A DNA stretch of 45,092 bases, from NCBI GenBank assembly GCA_004524725.1, contig SDNW01000004.1, forward strand, positions 1 to 45,092, given 5' to 3'. The stretch comes from Promethearchaeota archaeon. GTDB taxonomy: Archaea; Asgardarchaeota; Lokiarchaeia; Sigyniarchaeales; SOKP01. The position numbers were made by a program, and so were the translations under genes. The notes below the pieces were generated by a model that did no database searches, had not been told where the DNA came from, and worked only from the letters and a program-made list of their open reading frames with translations. Of the stretch, positions 18,509 through 27,697 are shown piece after piece (the first letter of the stretch is position 1; each line of letters opens with the position of its first letter).

Positions 18509-20479
18509 ATGGTAGAAGCAAAGGTTGCTAAAGATATCGAGGAAATTCGAATTTTCGTTGCTGTCTGTCAATGAGGTATAAATATTGCGGAAATAATAGA
18601 TACAAAACAATTAGCAGAGTTCTCAAAATCATTACCTAACGTTGTTGAGGCTCTAGATTACATAAGTCTCTGTACTGAAGCAGGAGCAGAGTTTATTAAG
18701 GAAAAGATGATAGAAAACAATGCAAATCGATTGGTAGTCGCATCTTGTACTCCAATTACACATGAACCTGTCTTTAAAAGTGTTCTTGAGGGTATGGGGC
18801 TTGATCCATCGTTTTTAGAATTTGTCAATATTCGAGAACATTCTAGTTTAGTACACAGAAAAGATAAACCTGGGGCTCAAAGAACCGCTGAAGATGCGAT
18901 TAGATCGGGCGTTGCTCGTGCTGCAGTACTAGAAAAAATTATGGTAAAAGAAGTAGATATTACCAAAAAAACATTAGTTATTGGTGGTGGGGTGGCGGGA
19001 TTATCTGCAAGTATTGATTTAGCTGAGGAAGGATTTGAGGTATATCTTGTAGAAAAAAGTCCTACTATTGGTGGGAAAATGGCGATGCTTGACCGAACAT
19101 TCCCCACAGATGACTGTAGTATCTGAATTCTCGGTCCTGTGATGCTCGAGGCTGCAAGAACTCCAAGATTAAACATTTATACTTATAGTGACGTGGAGGA
19201 TGTTTCTGGATTTGTGGGAAATTTTAAGGTAAAGGTCCGTAAAAATGCTCGTTACGTTAATAATGATTGCAATGGATGCGGATCTTGCTTTGATGTATGT
19301 CCTGCATATGGGTATGATGAGTTTAATGAAGGAATGAATCCACGGAAGGCAATATATCTCTCTTTTGCCCAAGCAGTCCCTTCAATGGCTCAGATCGATA
19401 TGAATCGATGTATCAAGTGTGGATTATGCCAAAAAGTCTGTGAGGTTAATGCGATTGACTTTAACCAAGAAGAAGAAGTCATAGAATTAGAAGTTGGCTC
19501 AATTATCGTGGCTACTGGTTGGGATGAATATAAACCAGAAACCGGCTATCTGGGATATAACAAATATCAAAACGTTATAACTCAAATGAAACTCGAACGC
19601 ATACTAGCGCCAAATGGACCTACAATGGGTCATCTTGTGCGCCCATCAGATGGTAAAACGCCTAAAAAAATCTTATTTATTCAATGTGTGGGTTCAAGGG
19701 ACTTAAATAAGCAAACATATTGTAGTGCCGGTGTTTGTTGTATGATTTCTATAAAAAATACCAAACTCATTAAACAACATTATCCAGATGCGGATATCAC
19801 TGTAGCTTATATGGATATCAGAGCTGCGGGAAAAGATTATGAAGAGTATTTTACGGCTTCGAGAAAGGAGGGTATTAAATACGTACGGACTAATGTCTCA
19901 AAACTTTATGAAGCCCCCGAAACTGGTAATTTAAAAGTTATATTGCAAAATACTTTGAGTAGTACGGGTCTGAAAGAGTTTGAATACGACTTAGTAGTCT
20001 TATCGTGTGCGATGGTTCCTGCGATTGGAGTGGAAAAAATCGGAAAAATATTAAAACTTGAAAATAGCCGTGATGGGTTCTTTAAAGAATTCCATTCCCG
20101 ATTGAATCCTATCGATACTAAAATACCTGGAATTGTACTTGCTGGGGTAGCTCAAGGTCCAAAATCTATATCTGAATCAATATCACAAGGAAGAGCTGCG
20201 GCATCATCACTAGCAAGGCTCATGAGTAAAGACAAATACCGAATTCTGCTGATCCGTGCTACTGTCGATAAAGATAAATGTGCTAAATGTGGTTTATGTG
20301 AACTAAATTGTCCCTATGACGCAATAGCATTGAATCCTGACGGTGCTGAAGTAAATGAAATTTTATGTCGAGGTTGTGGGTCGTGTCTTGCAAATTGTCC
20401 ATCAGAAGCTATAACACTACGATATTATCGAGAACCACAATATGAAACACAAATTGATGCTATATTAGAGGAAATCTAA
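18509..20479 (+). CDS. hdrA: Heterodisulfide reductase subunit A, selenoprotein with two in-frame UGA (Sec22, Sec206); 656 aa
   Basis: Single frame from ATG 18509: RIFVAVCQ-UGA(18572)-GINI matches HdrA CxCGxNI, and FPTDDCSI-UGA(19124)-ILGP matches FPTxDCxxCILxP. Also VVASCTP, NIREH, IGGGVAG, ferredoxin motifs, QCVGSR, GVAQGPK. Confidence 0.93.
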
Positions 20480-20485
20480 GGAGGT
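20480..20485 (+). promoter_or_regulatory. Shine-Dalgarno site for mvhD/vhuD
   Basis: GGAGGT 7 nt upstream of ATG 20493, immediately after the hdrA stop. Confidence 0.8.
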
Positions 20486-20492
20486 AAATAGA

Positions 20493-20972
20493 ATGTCAAC
20501 TAAAAATGGTATAAAGGTTATAGCCTTTATGTGCTGGAAATGAGGTTATGGAGCGGGAGATATGGCAGGAACTATTCGCGCCCAATACCCTGCAACAATA
20601 AGACCAATTAGGATTAACTGCACTGGTCGAGTAACTCCGAGCTTAATGATGCGAGCAATTGGTAAAGGAGCTGATGGCGTAATCGTAGCGGGATGATATG
20701 AAGGAGAATGTGATTATGAAACCGGAAATTTAATCGCAGCTAAAAATGTGGAATACACAAAAGAGATTTTAAAAACAGCGGGTGTATCTCCCGAAAGAAT
20801 CCAGATGTTTCATTGTAGTGCCGCAGAAGGACAGAGATTTCAAGAAGAAGTTACTCGTATTTCACAAATAATTGAAAAATTAGGCAGCAACCCTATGAAA
20901 GAATCTATATCTTTAGAAAAACAAAAAAGTAAAACCCAAGAAAAGAACAAAAAAACTAAACCGAAAGAATGA
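20493..20972 (+). CDS. mvhD: Hydrogenase iron-sulfur subunit MvhD/VhuD, selenoprotein with two in-frame UGA (Sec17, Sec68); 159 aa
   Basis: MSTKNGIKVIAFMCWK-UGA(20541)-GYGAGDMAGTIRAQYP...RINCTGRV...KGADGVIVAG-UGA(20694)-YEGECDYETGN...PERIQMFHCSAAEG. Both UGAs sit at MvhD [2Fe-2S] Cys positions. Confidence 0.93.
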
Positions 20973-21027
20973 ATCTTATAAAAAAACTATAGTTATAAGA
21001 GGACACACCATAAAGCAATGGTTTCGG
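20961..21027 (+). ncRNA. Putative SECIS element (eukaryote-like AUGA..AA..GA type; cis-acting RNA structure)
   Basis: AUGAA (20969-73) / GGAC (21001-04) core; 8-bp stem UCUUAUAA (20974-81) : UUAUAAGA (20993-21000); loop starting AAAAA; lower stem CCGAAA (20961-66) : UUUCGG (21022-27). Confidence 0.78.
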
Positions 21028-21176
21028 AAAAAAATTTTAACTATTTTTTAATTTTAAATTAGATCTCCTATTAATACTACAATAAAAAGTCTGTAAATCT
21101 TTTTAAACTCGAGTATCTAGTTAAATCGTGATTTTTTAATTTTAAAATCAAAATAAAACATAAAAAGTGAAAAATT

Positions 21177-21830
21177 ATGGCAGAAGTTAAAACAGAAACA
21201 AAAATCACAGCACCTAAATTACTTGCATTTATTGGTATGCTTTACACACTTGCACTTGGTATCACGTATTTCTATGCTGCAGGAGCAGATCCATTATTCA
21301 TTCTCTGGGGTATCATCTGTCTAGTAATTGCATTCTTAATTTTCGTGTCATTAGAGCTCATTGATTTTGGTCCTCTAAAAATCCCTTATTATTGGTGGAT
21401 AATACTCATATTTGGTGTAGTTTTAATATTATTTGCCTACTTCTTTATCGGAAACTACTTCCCCGGAATTCTTTTATTATTAGCGGCTTTAATCGACCTA
21501 ATAATGCAAAAGAAACCATATAAAGCATCAAAAATAATGGTCTTAGTAGGCATCGGTTTTTCCATCTATGAGTGTTTTGTACTATTCTTATCAGGAAGTG
21601 CAATTGCTATTGTAAACGGTGTTTTCGGATTGATTCTATTAATACTTTTAATTATTGTCCTATTTGATCTTGTAGACTTAAAAGTATTAGATTATTCATG
21701 GTGGTTTTTGCTTCTTGTAGGATTTGTTATCTTTACTTGGGTATCACCTTTTGCATTTGGTTTTCCGGTCGTAGGAAATGGAGGAACCCTTATCTTAATC
21801 GGATTTTTAATGATGTTGCTAGCCTTATAG
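21177..21830 (+). CDS. Hypothetical ~8-TM membrane protein with internal duplication
   Basis: Highly hydrophobic; the two halves share motifs (APKLL/ASKIM; LKIPYYWW/LKVLDYSWW). Confidence 0.8.
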   Translation: MAEVKTETKITAPKLLAFIGMLYTLALGITYFYAAGADPLFILWGIICLVIAFLIFVSLELIDFGPLKIPYYWWIILIFGVVLILFAYFFIGNYFPGILLLLAALIDLIMQKKPYKASKIMVLVGIGFSIYECFVLFLSGSAIAIVNGVFGLILLILLIIVLFDLVDLKVLDYSWWFLLLVGFVIFTWVSPFAFGFPVVGNGGTLILIGFLMMLLAL

Positions 21831-21860
21831 CTGAAAATTGACTAATAAATGAGTATTAAA

Positions 21861-21890
21861 TTCTTTTTTTTATTTTTCTTATTTTTCCTT
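21861..21890 (+). terminator. Oligo(T) archaeal-type terminator candidate
   Basis: Consecutive T-tracts ~30 nt after the stop of 21177-21830. Confidence 0.4.
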
Positions 21891-21954
21891 AGTAAGCGTA
21901 ATTTTTAATGTAAAATTTAATTCATAAATTTAATTGAGCATTATGTGATTTGAT

Positions 21955-23250
21955 ATGGGAAAAAACCCCGAGGAACAATTCTTAAAAGGAAAGCAGTTAT
22001 ATAAAGCACATCAATTTAAAAAATCAGGTAAAGCGTTCCATGGAGCTGGTATCTCTTTTTTAGATAAGGGAGACTATATACAAGCAAAAACGAGTCTCAT
22101 TAATGCTGCTAATGCTTTTATCGAAACGCAGAAATATAGCACTGTTTTAGAGATGCTACGCTTAGCCAGTGAGACATCACTTTTAGAAGGAGATTACTTA
22201 GGAGCAAATCAAGTTTATAAAGATTCAATAGAATATATCGCAAATCTCAAGAAGAATGATGATAAAAATGAAAATTACATTTTATTTTCAGTTTTGTCCT
22301 ATCTATGTCTTTTCGTCAAAGGGAGACAAGAGGAAGGATTAGATTATCTTAAAAGAATACAGAAAAAAGTGGATAACAACTATTTTAAAGAAAGCAATTT
22401 AATACGATTAGTTACTGATTTAACATTAGCACTTCGTGATAAAAATCAAGATTATTTAGAAAGGGTTAAAAATCTTATTAACAGTCTGAAACTCAAGAAA
22501 TCTGAAATCACGCTACTTAAAAAAGTTATTCTTATCATTCAATCTCAAATATTTTTGGATTTCAAACTAGTATTAGATAAACAAGAGTATACCACAAATG
22601 AAAATGTCAATTTAACGATTAATCTTAACTCCGGTCCTTTATATCAAGAATTTAAAAATCCTTTTTATGAGTTTCAAGTAAAATCTTTTGAAATAAGTAA
22701 GATCTCTTTAGATTTATCTGACAATTTAAGCCTTAATAAAAAACCTAACTTTCCTATTGATGTAGATCTCAGTGGTAATAATCCTATTGAATTTTTATTA
22801 AAACCCCACTTTCAATTGGATGAACCCTTTATCGGTCCCATCCATGTTACGTTTAATATAAATAAAAGCCTTGTTTTTGTATATGAAATAGAAGCTATTG
22901 AAGTCAATTTAACATCTCCCTTACCCACGCTTGATATTTCATTAAAGAATCTTCGACCTCCATTAATAGGTCAAAGTTTTCCACTGCAAATACAAATTCA
23001 AAATAATAGTGAAGGAGAAGCTCTGGATGTTAAGATTGGGGTCGAATTTCCTGAATTATTAAAGGTAATGAGAGGAACAACGGAGAAACAGATTTATTCC
23101 TTACGGAAGAATGAAGAACTAACGTGGGAGCTTAACATTAAGCCAATTGAAGCGGGAGATTACATAATAAAGGTAATTGTAAAATTTAAAGATCCGGATC
23201 AGAATGATATTGAAGATATTAAGGAATTCCCCTTTTCTATAAAACTCTGA
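21955..23250 (+). CDS. TPR/SNAP-like alpha-solenoid protein with two C-terminal Ig-like beta-sandwich domains
   Basis: N-terminal Ala/Gly/aromatic helical repeat pattern; C-terminal IGQSFPLQIQIQNNS...LTWELNIKPIEAGDY typical of Ig-like (TRAPP/CARDB-like) domains; no signal peptide. Confidence 0.7.
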   Translation: MGKNPEEQFLKGKQLYKAHQFKKSGKAFHGAGISFLDKGDYIQAKTSLINAANAFIETQKYSTVLEMLRLASETSLLEGDYLGANQVYKDSIEYIANLKKNDDKNENYILFSVLSYLCLFVKGRQEEGLDYLKRIQKKVDNNYFKESNLIRLVTDLTLALRDKNQDYLERVKNLINSLKLKKSEITLLKKVILIIQSQIFLDFKLVLDKQEYTTNENVNLTINLNSGPLYQEFKNPFYEFQVKSFEISKISLDLSDNLSLNKKPNFPIDVDLSGNNPIEFLLKPHFQLDEPFIGPIHVTFNINKSLVFVYEIEAIEVNLTSPLPTLDISLKNLRPPLIGQSFPLQIQIQNNSEGEALDVKIGVEFPELLKVMRGTTEKQIYSLRKNEELTWELNIKPIEAGDYIIKVIVKFKDPDQNDIEDIKEFPFSIKL

Positions 23251-23255
23251 TCCAA

Positions 23256-24395
23256 CTAAATTAAGATTGGATCAAGCGGGACATCCGTAACTTGATCGCA
23301 TTTACTTTTTCCAATGATTATATCATCTTCCAATCTTATACCCCATTCTCCTTGCCAATAGAGTCCAGGTTCATTGGTATATACCATATTCTCTTTGAGA
23401 ATAAAACCATCGGGAACAGAATGACTTATTCTCATTCCGATATCATGCGCTTCAAATCCAAGAGAGTGACCTAATCCGTGGAAGAATAACTTTTCATGAT
23501 CATATCCGAAATCTGCTAAGCATTCTCTACATTTTTTTGCAGGAATATTGTTTTTCGTCCCATCTGTATAATATTGATTTGCAACTTTTTTTGCTTCATA
23601 AAGCGCCTTATATGCCTCCATAAATTTATCTTGTGGATTTTTACCAACCCAGAACGTCCATGTGATATCAGAACACATCTCATCTATTTGGAGTCCTGTA
23701 TCAATCAAGAGTACGCCTGGTTTTATTTTCTTGGTACTGGTGTTATGGTGAGGATCAGCTGAATTGGGTCCAGTACCTACAATTGTATCGAATGAAGGTC
23801 TTCCAAGTTTCATATATTCATATTCGATTTTAGCTCTTACATCTCTTTCAGTCATCCCTACTTTGATCCAATCGGGCACTAATTCTAGTATCTCTATAGT
23901 TGCCTTACATGTATTTCTCAAATCTTTCTGCTCAGTTGGAGATTTGACACTTCTTAGATTATAAATAATCGGTGCTGAAGATATAAACTCGGTTTTCGGT
24001 GATAATTTTTTTATGGAAGAAAACTCTCCTACTCGTAAATAGTCGGCATATGCAGTTCCTTCAAAATCAAGTACATTTTCTCCAAAATTTAATGCTATTT
24101 TTCGTTTTCCCAGTACTTTCTTGAGTTTGTTCTTTAAATCATCAGAAGATTTAAATGCGAATACATTTGCTTCAACATTTCTTTGAATGAGTGATTTCTG
24201 AATCATAGGTGCCTCCATTTCAACGGCTAGAACCACATGATTTCCATCTCGCGCTACATAAACATAATTTTGAGCATGCGACGCCACACCTAACATAAAC
24301 CGTGAATTGATATCGCTATCTTCATCGCATATGATCAACCATCCATCAGCATTCATTTGGGTTAGAATCTGTTGTGCTCTCTCAAACTTATTCAT
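23256..24395 (-). CDS. Xaa-Pro aminopeptidase (M24 family)
   Basis: RSVKS, DPHH, LIDTG...CSDIT, HGLGHSLG.EAHD, TNEPGLY, GIRLEDD. Confidence 0.93.
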   Translation of the reverse strand: MNKFERAQQILTQMNADGWLIICDEDSDINSRFMLGVASHAQNYVYVARDGNHVVLAVEMEAPMIQKSLIQRNVEANVFAFKSSDDLKNKLKKVLGKRKIALNFGENVLDFEGTAYADYLRVGEFSSIKKLSPKTEFISSAPIIYNLRSVKSPTEQKDLRNTCKATIEILELVPDWIKVGMTERDVRAKIEYEYMKLGRPSFDTIVGTGPNSADPHHNTSTKKIKPGVLLIDTGLQIDEMCSDITWTFWVGKNPQDKFMEAYKALYEAKKVANQYYTDGTKNNIPAKKCRECLADFGYDHEKLFFHGLGHSLGFEAHDIGMRISHSVPDGFILKENMVYTNEPGLYWQGEWGIRLEDDIIIGKSKCDQVTDVPLDPILI

Positions 24396-24588
24396 CCTTC
24401 ATCTTCCTAAATTTATGATTGAATTCAAAACTTTAATGTAAAATCAAATGAAGCCTTCTAAATAAAACATTACCTTCTATACCTATCGAATTAATCACAA
24501 AGCAAAAATTAACCTATTAAAATCTTTTATATATACTTAATAATCTTATTTTCTTGTATTAATTACGAAAATAAATTGTAGTTTGAAA

Positions 24589-26127
24589 ATGAAGCTAAAA
24601 GTAAAAAAAATTAATTTTGAAACGGGCAATACTAAGGATGTTGTCATCAATAAGAAAGATGCTCTCCAATTAGGGCAAAAGGCAGGAGAACGTGTATATA
24701 TAAAAAACATTGAAGCTAAATCTCTTGAAAATAAATATTGGGTTGCAATAATCCAAATTGATTACTCCAATTCAATAGTAAAACAAGGAGAAATCGGAAT
24801 TTTTATTGACATTCTTCAAGAAAAAAAAGAACTAGTAGAAGGTGCTACTATTTCAGTAAAACCAGCTGATCCACCTGATTCATTTAGATTCATTAAGAAA
24901 AAAATTCAAGGAAAGAAACTTTCAAGTGAGGAGATCAATAGTATAATTTCAGACGCAGTATCAGGCTCTTTATCGAAAATTGAATTAGCTGCATTTATTA
25001 CTGGCGTCTCTATTAACGGAATGGATAATGAAGAAATGACAGCACTTACTTTAGCAGAAGTGAGAAGTGGAGATATGTTCTATTTTGGAATGGATGTATT
25101 TGATAAACATAGCACTGGAGGAGTTCCTGGTAATAAAGTCTCACTTATTATTGTACCTATTATAGCTGCTTCTGGGCTTATAATTCCCAAATCTTCTACT
25201 CGAGCAATTACATCCCCTTCAGGAACAGCAGACTCAATGGAAACTTTAGCTCCGGTATCATTTACTTCAGAAAAATTAAAAGAGATGGTTTCAAAGCATA
25301 AATCATGTATAATATGGGGGGGTGCTCTTAACACATCACCTGCAGATAATATTTTAATTGAAATAGAGAGACCTCTTCATATGGATCCAATTGGTTTAAT
25401 GATTCCTTCTATCTTAACTAAGAAACTATCACTTGGAGTGAAAAAACTAGTATTAGATATTCCAGTTGGTGAGGGTACTAAGTTTCCAACTCCCGATGCG
25501 GGTAAGCAGTTTGCCTATACTTTTAAAGAAATTGCAAAAAATGTAGGTATTGAAGCAGAATGCGCTTTAACACTTGCTCACCAACCAATTGGTCATGCAA
25601 TTGGTCCTGCGCTAGAAGCAAAGGAAGCACTAACATTACTGATGGACTATTCAGCAGGACCTAATTCCTTAATTGAAAAATCTACGGAATTGGCGGGGAT
25701 ACTTCTTGAAATGGGTGGAAAAGCACAAAAAGGAAAAGGACAAATCTTAGCAAAAGAATTACTAAAGTCTGGCAAAGCATATAAAAAGATGCAACAAATT
25801 ATCCAAGCTCAAGGAGGAGATCCAGAAATAAAACCCCAAGATATTAAGCTTGGTCCTTATATGAAAGAATTTTTTACCATAAAGGAAGGACATATTACGG
25901 AAGTAAACAATGCAATTATAAACCAGATCGCCAAAGCTGCAGGATGTCCTCATTCAAAGAGTTCAGGGGTCGAAATTTTTAAAAAACAAGGAGCAAGAAT
26001 AAAGCAAGGAGATCTTATATTCCGTATTTATTCTGATAGCGAAAGCAGACTAAAGAAAGCTGAGAAAATCTACAATTCTACGGGTGGGCCAATAATATTA
26101 GGGGGAATGATGATCGAGAGAATTTAA
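24589..26127 (+). CDS. deoA: AMP phosphorylase (archaeal thymidine-phosphorylase family; TTG 24583 alternative start)
   Basis: N-terminal extra domain, DKHSTGGVPGNK, PKSSTRAITSPSGTAD, DIPVGEGTK, GPALEA. Confidence 0.92.
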   Translation: MKLKVKKINFETGNTKDVVINKKDALQLGQKAGERVYIKNIEAKSLENKYWVAIIQIDYSNSIVKQGEIGIFIDILQEKKELVEGATISVKPADPPDSFRFIKKKIQGKKLSSEEINSIISDAVSGSLSKIELAAFITGVSINGMDNEEMTALTLAEVRSGDMFYFGMDVFDKHSTGGVPGNKVSLIIVPIIAASGLIIPKSSTRAITSPSGTADSMETLAPVSFTSEKLKEMVSKHKSCIIWGGALNTSPADNILIEIERPLHMDPIGLMIPSILTKKLSLGVKKLVLDIPVGEGTKFPTPDAGKQFAYTFKEIAKNVGIEAECALTLAHQPIGHAIGPALEAKEALTLLMDYSAGPNSLIEKSTELAGILLEMGGKAQKGKGQILAKELLKSGKAYKKMQQIIQAQGGDPEIKPQDIKLGPYMKEFFTIKEGHITEVNNAIINQIAKAAGCPHSKSSGVEIFKKQGARIKQGDLIFRIYSDSESRLKKAEKIYNSTGGPIILGGMMIERI

Positions 26128-26165
26128 TATTTTTAATGGATATGAAATAGTACTTCAAAAAAAAT

Positions 26166-27665
26166 ATGGAAATTAACCCAGAAGAGATTTATAAAAATTT
26201 TATCAATAAAAAGATAGATAGATCTACCCTCATTGATCAATTAATCTCAGTGATCGAAAATAGTATTGATATACCTCAGAGAATTACATCAGTCCACATC
26301 CTATCAAATTTAAACGCAAAAGATCAAAAAATATACAAACTTATTGAAAATTTAGCTATCTCTGATTCAAACAAGTATGTGAGACTAACTGCATTAAAAT
26401 ATTTGGGTGATAATTTCATAGATTACGCGTTAGAACCGATGAAATGGGCGTTCCATCATGAAAAAGCCCTTCGATGTTTATTAGTTATAGTATACACTTT
26501 AGGAAATATAAATACTCAACCTTCACGAGATTTTTTAATATCGATCCTAACAAGCATAGACGTTCCTGCTTTTAAGAGGCATATTGAAAAGATTTTAGAG
26601 TCTGAACATATCAATGATTATCAAAATCATGAACTATCCAACATTATAAAAGATTTCTTAATCGTTAATGAACTAGAAACAAAATACGGTCATATTGAAT
26701 TCAAGATTAAAAACGCTAGAGTTTGTGAATTAGATCTCTCAGATATTAGTGCTCACGTTTTTGGTTGGAATGCACTAAATAAGTTTCCATATTTTATAAC
26801 TGAGTTAGAATCGCTTGCATTTTTATATCTAAAATTCAATCGTCTAACGAATTTAGCTAACAACATTGGAAAATTAGTTAATTTAAAAACAATTGATTTA
26901 AGTTATAATAAAATTAAAAGCTTGCCTAACTCAATTGGGTCACTAAAGTCGCTTAAAACCTTAAATTTACGGTATAATCAATTAGAGTCACTCCCATCTT
27001 CAATTAAAAGACTTCAAAATCTTGAAAAACTTGACTTAAGATCCAATAACCTTCTTTCCCTTCCTAGTGATTTAAATAAACTGAAAAAACTTGAATTATT
27101 GGATGTACATGGAAATAGGTTGAAAGGTGCTCGTATAAATTTACTTTCATTAAATTCATTGAATTATTTGGAATTAGGATTAAATAATTTGGATGAATTA
27201 CCTCATTGGGTTAAGAATGTAAAGGATCTTAAGAGATTAGGGTTGGGAGGTAATAGAATCAAAAAACTTCCTAAGTGGATTGGCAGTTTTCACTCTTTAC
27301 AAGAATTAAATTTATACGATAATGAAATCTTAATCCTCCCAGACTCGATTGGAAAATTGCAAAACTTAGTTCGATTAACATTATGGAATAATCAACTAAA
27401 AGCCCTTCCTCGTTCATTTTCTTTGTTATCAAAGCTGCAAGTTTTAAACTTAAGCTGGAATAAATTTGTAAAATTACCAGAGTGGATTGGAAATCTTAAA
27501 TCACTGGAAATATTAACTTTATGGGGTAATAAATTAGAAGAACTCCCAGAATCAATAGCTCAATTAAAATCACTTAAAAAATTAGATTTGAATTTTAATA
27601 AAATACAAGTTGTTCCCGAATTTTTAAGACAATTAGAAAAAGAAGGATTAATTATTTATAAATAA
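26166..27665 (+). CDS. HEAT-like N-terminus + leucine-rich repeat protein (~12 x 23-aa LRR)
   Basis: LIENLAISDSNKYVRLTAL; repeats LxxLxLxxNxLxxLPxxIGxL. Confidence 0.92.
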   Translation: MEINPEEIYKNFINKKIDRSTLIDQLISVIENSIDIPQRITSVHILSNLNAKDQKIYKLIENLAISDSNKYVRLTALKYLGDNFIDYALEPMKWAFHHEKALRCLLVIVYTLGNINTQPSRDFLISILTSIDVPAFKRHIEKILESEHINDYQNHELSNIIKDFLIVNELETKYGHIEFKIKNARVCELDLSDISAHVFGWNALNKFPYFITELESLAFLYLKFNRLTNLANNIGKLVNLKTIDLSYNKIKSLPNSIGSLKSLKTLNLRYNQLESLPSSIKRLQNLEKLDLRSNNLLSLPSDLNKLKKLELLDVHGNRLKGARINLLSLNSLNYLELGLNNLDELPHWVKNVKDLKRLGLGGNRIKKLPKWIGSFHSLQELNLYDNEILILPDSIGKLQNLVRLTLWNNQLKALPRSFSLLSKLQVLNLSWNKFVKLPEWIGNLKSLEILTLWGNKLEELPESIAQLKSLKKLDLNFNKIQVVPEFLRQLEKEGLIIYK

Positions 27666-27697
27666 CGCAAATTTTCATAATTAACCTGTAAAAACCG

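Noticed and set aside
18509-20972. hdrA/mvhD as pseudogenes, or a genome-wide UGA reassignment (code 4/25)
   Set aside because: All four internal UGAs fall on conserved Cys positions with no frameshifts. UGA is an ordinary stop in hisS (16396-98), korC (8215-17) and 21955-23250, and Trp is encoded by TGG.
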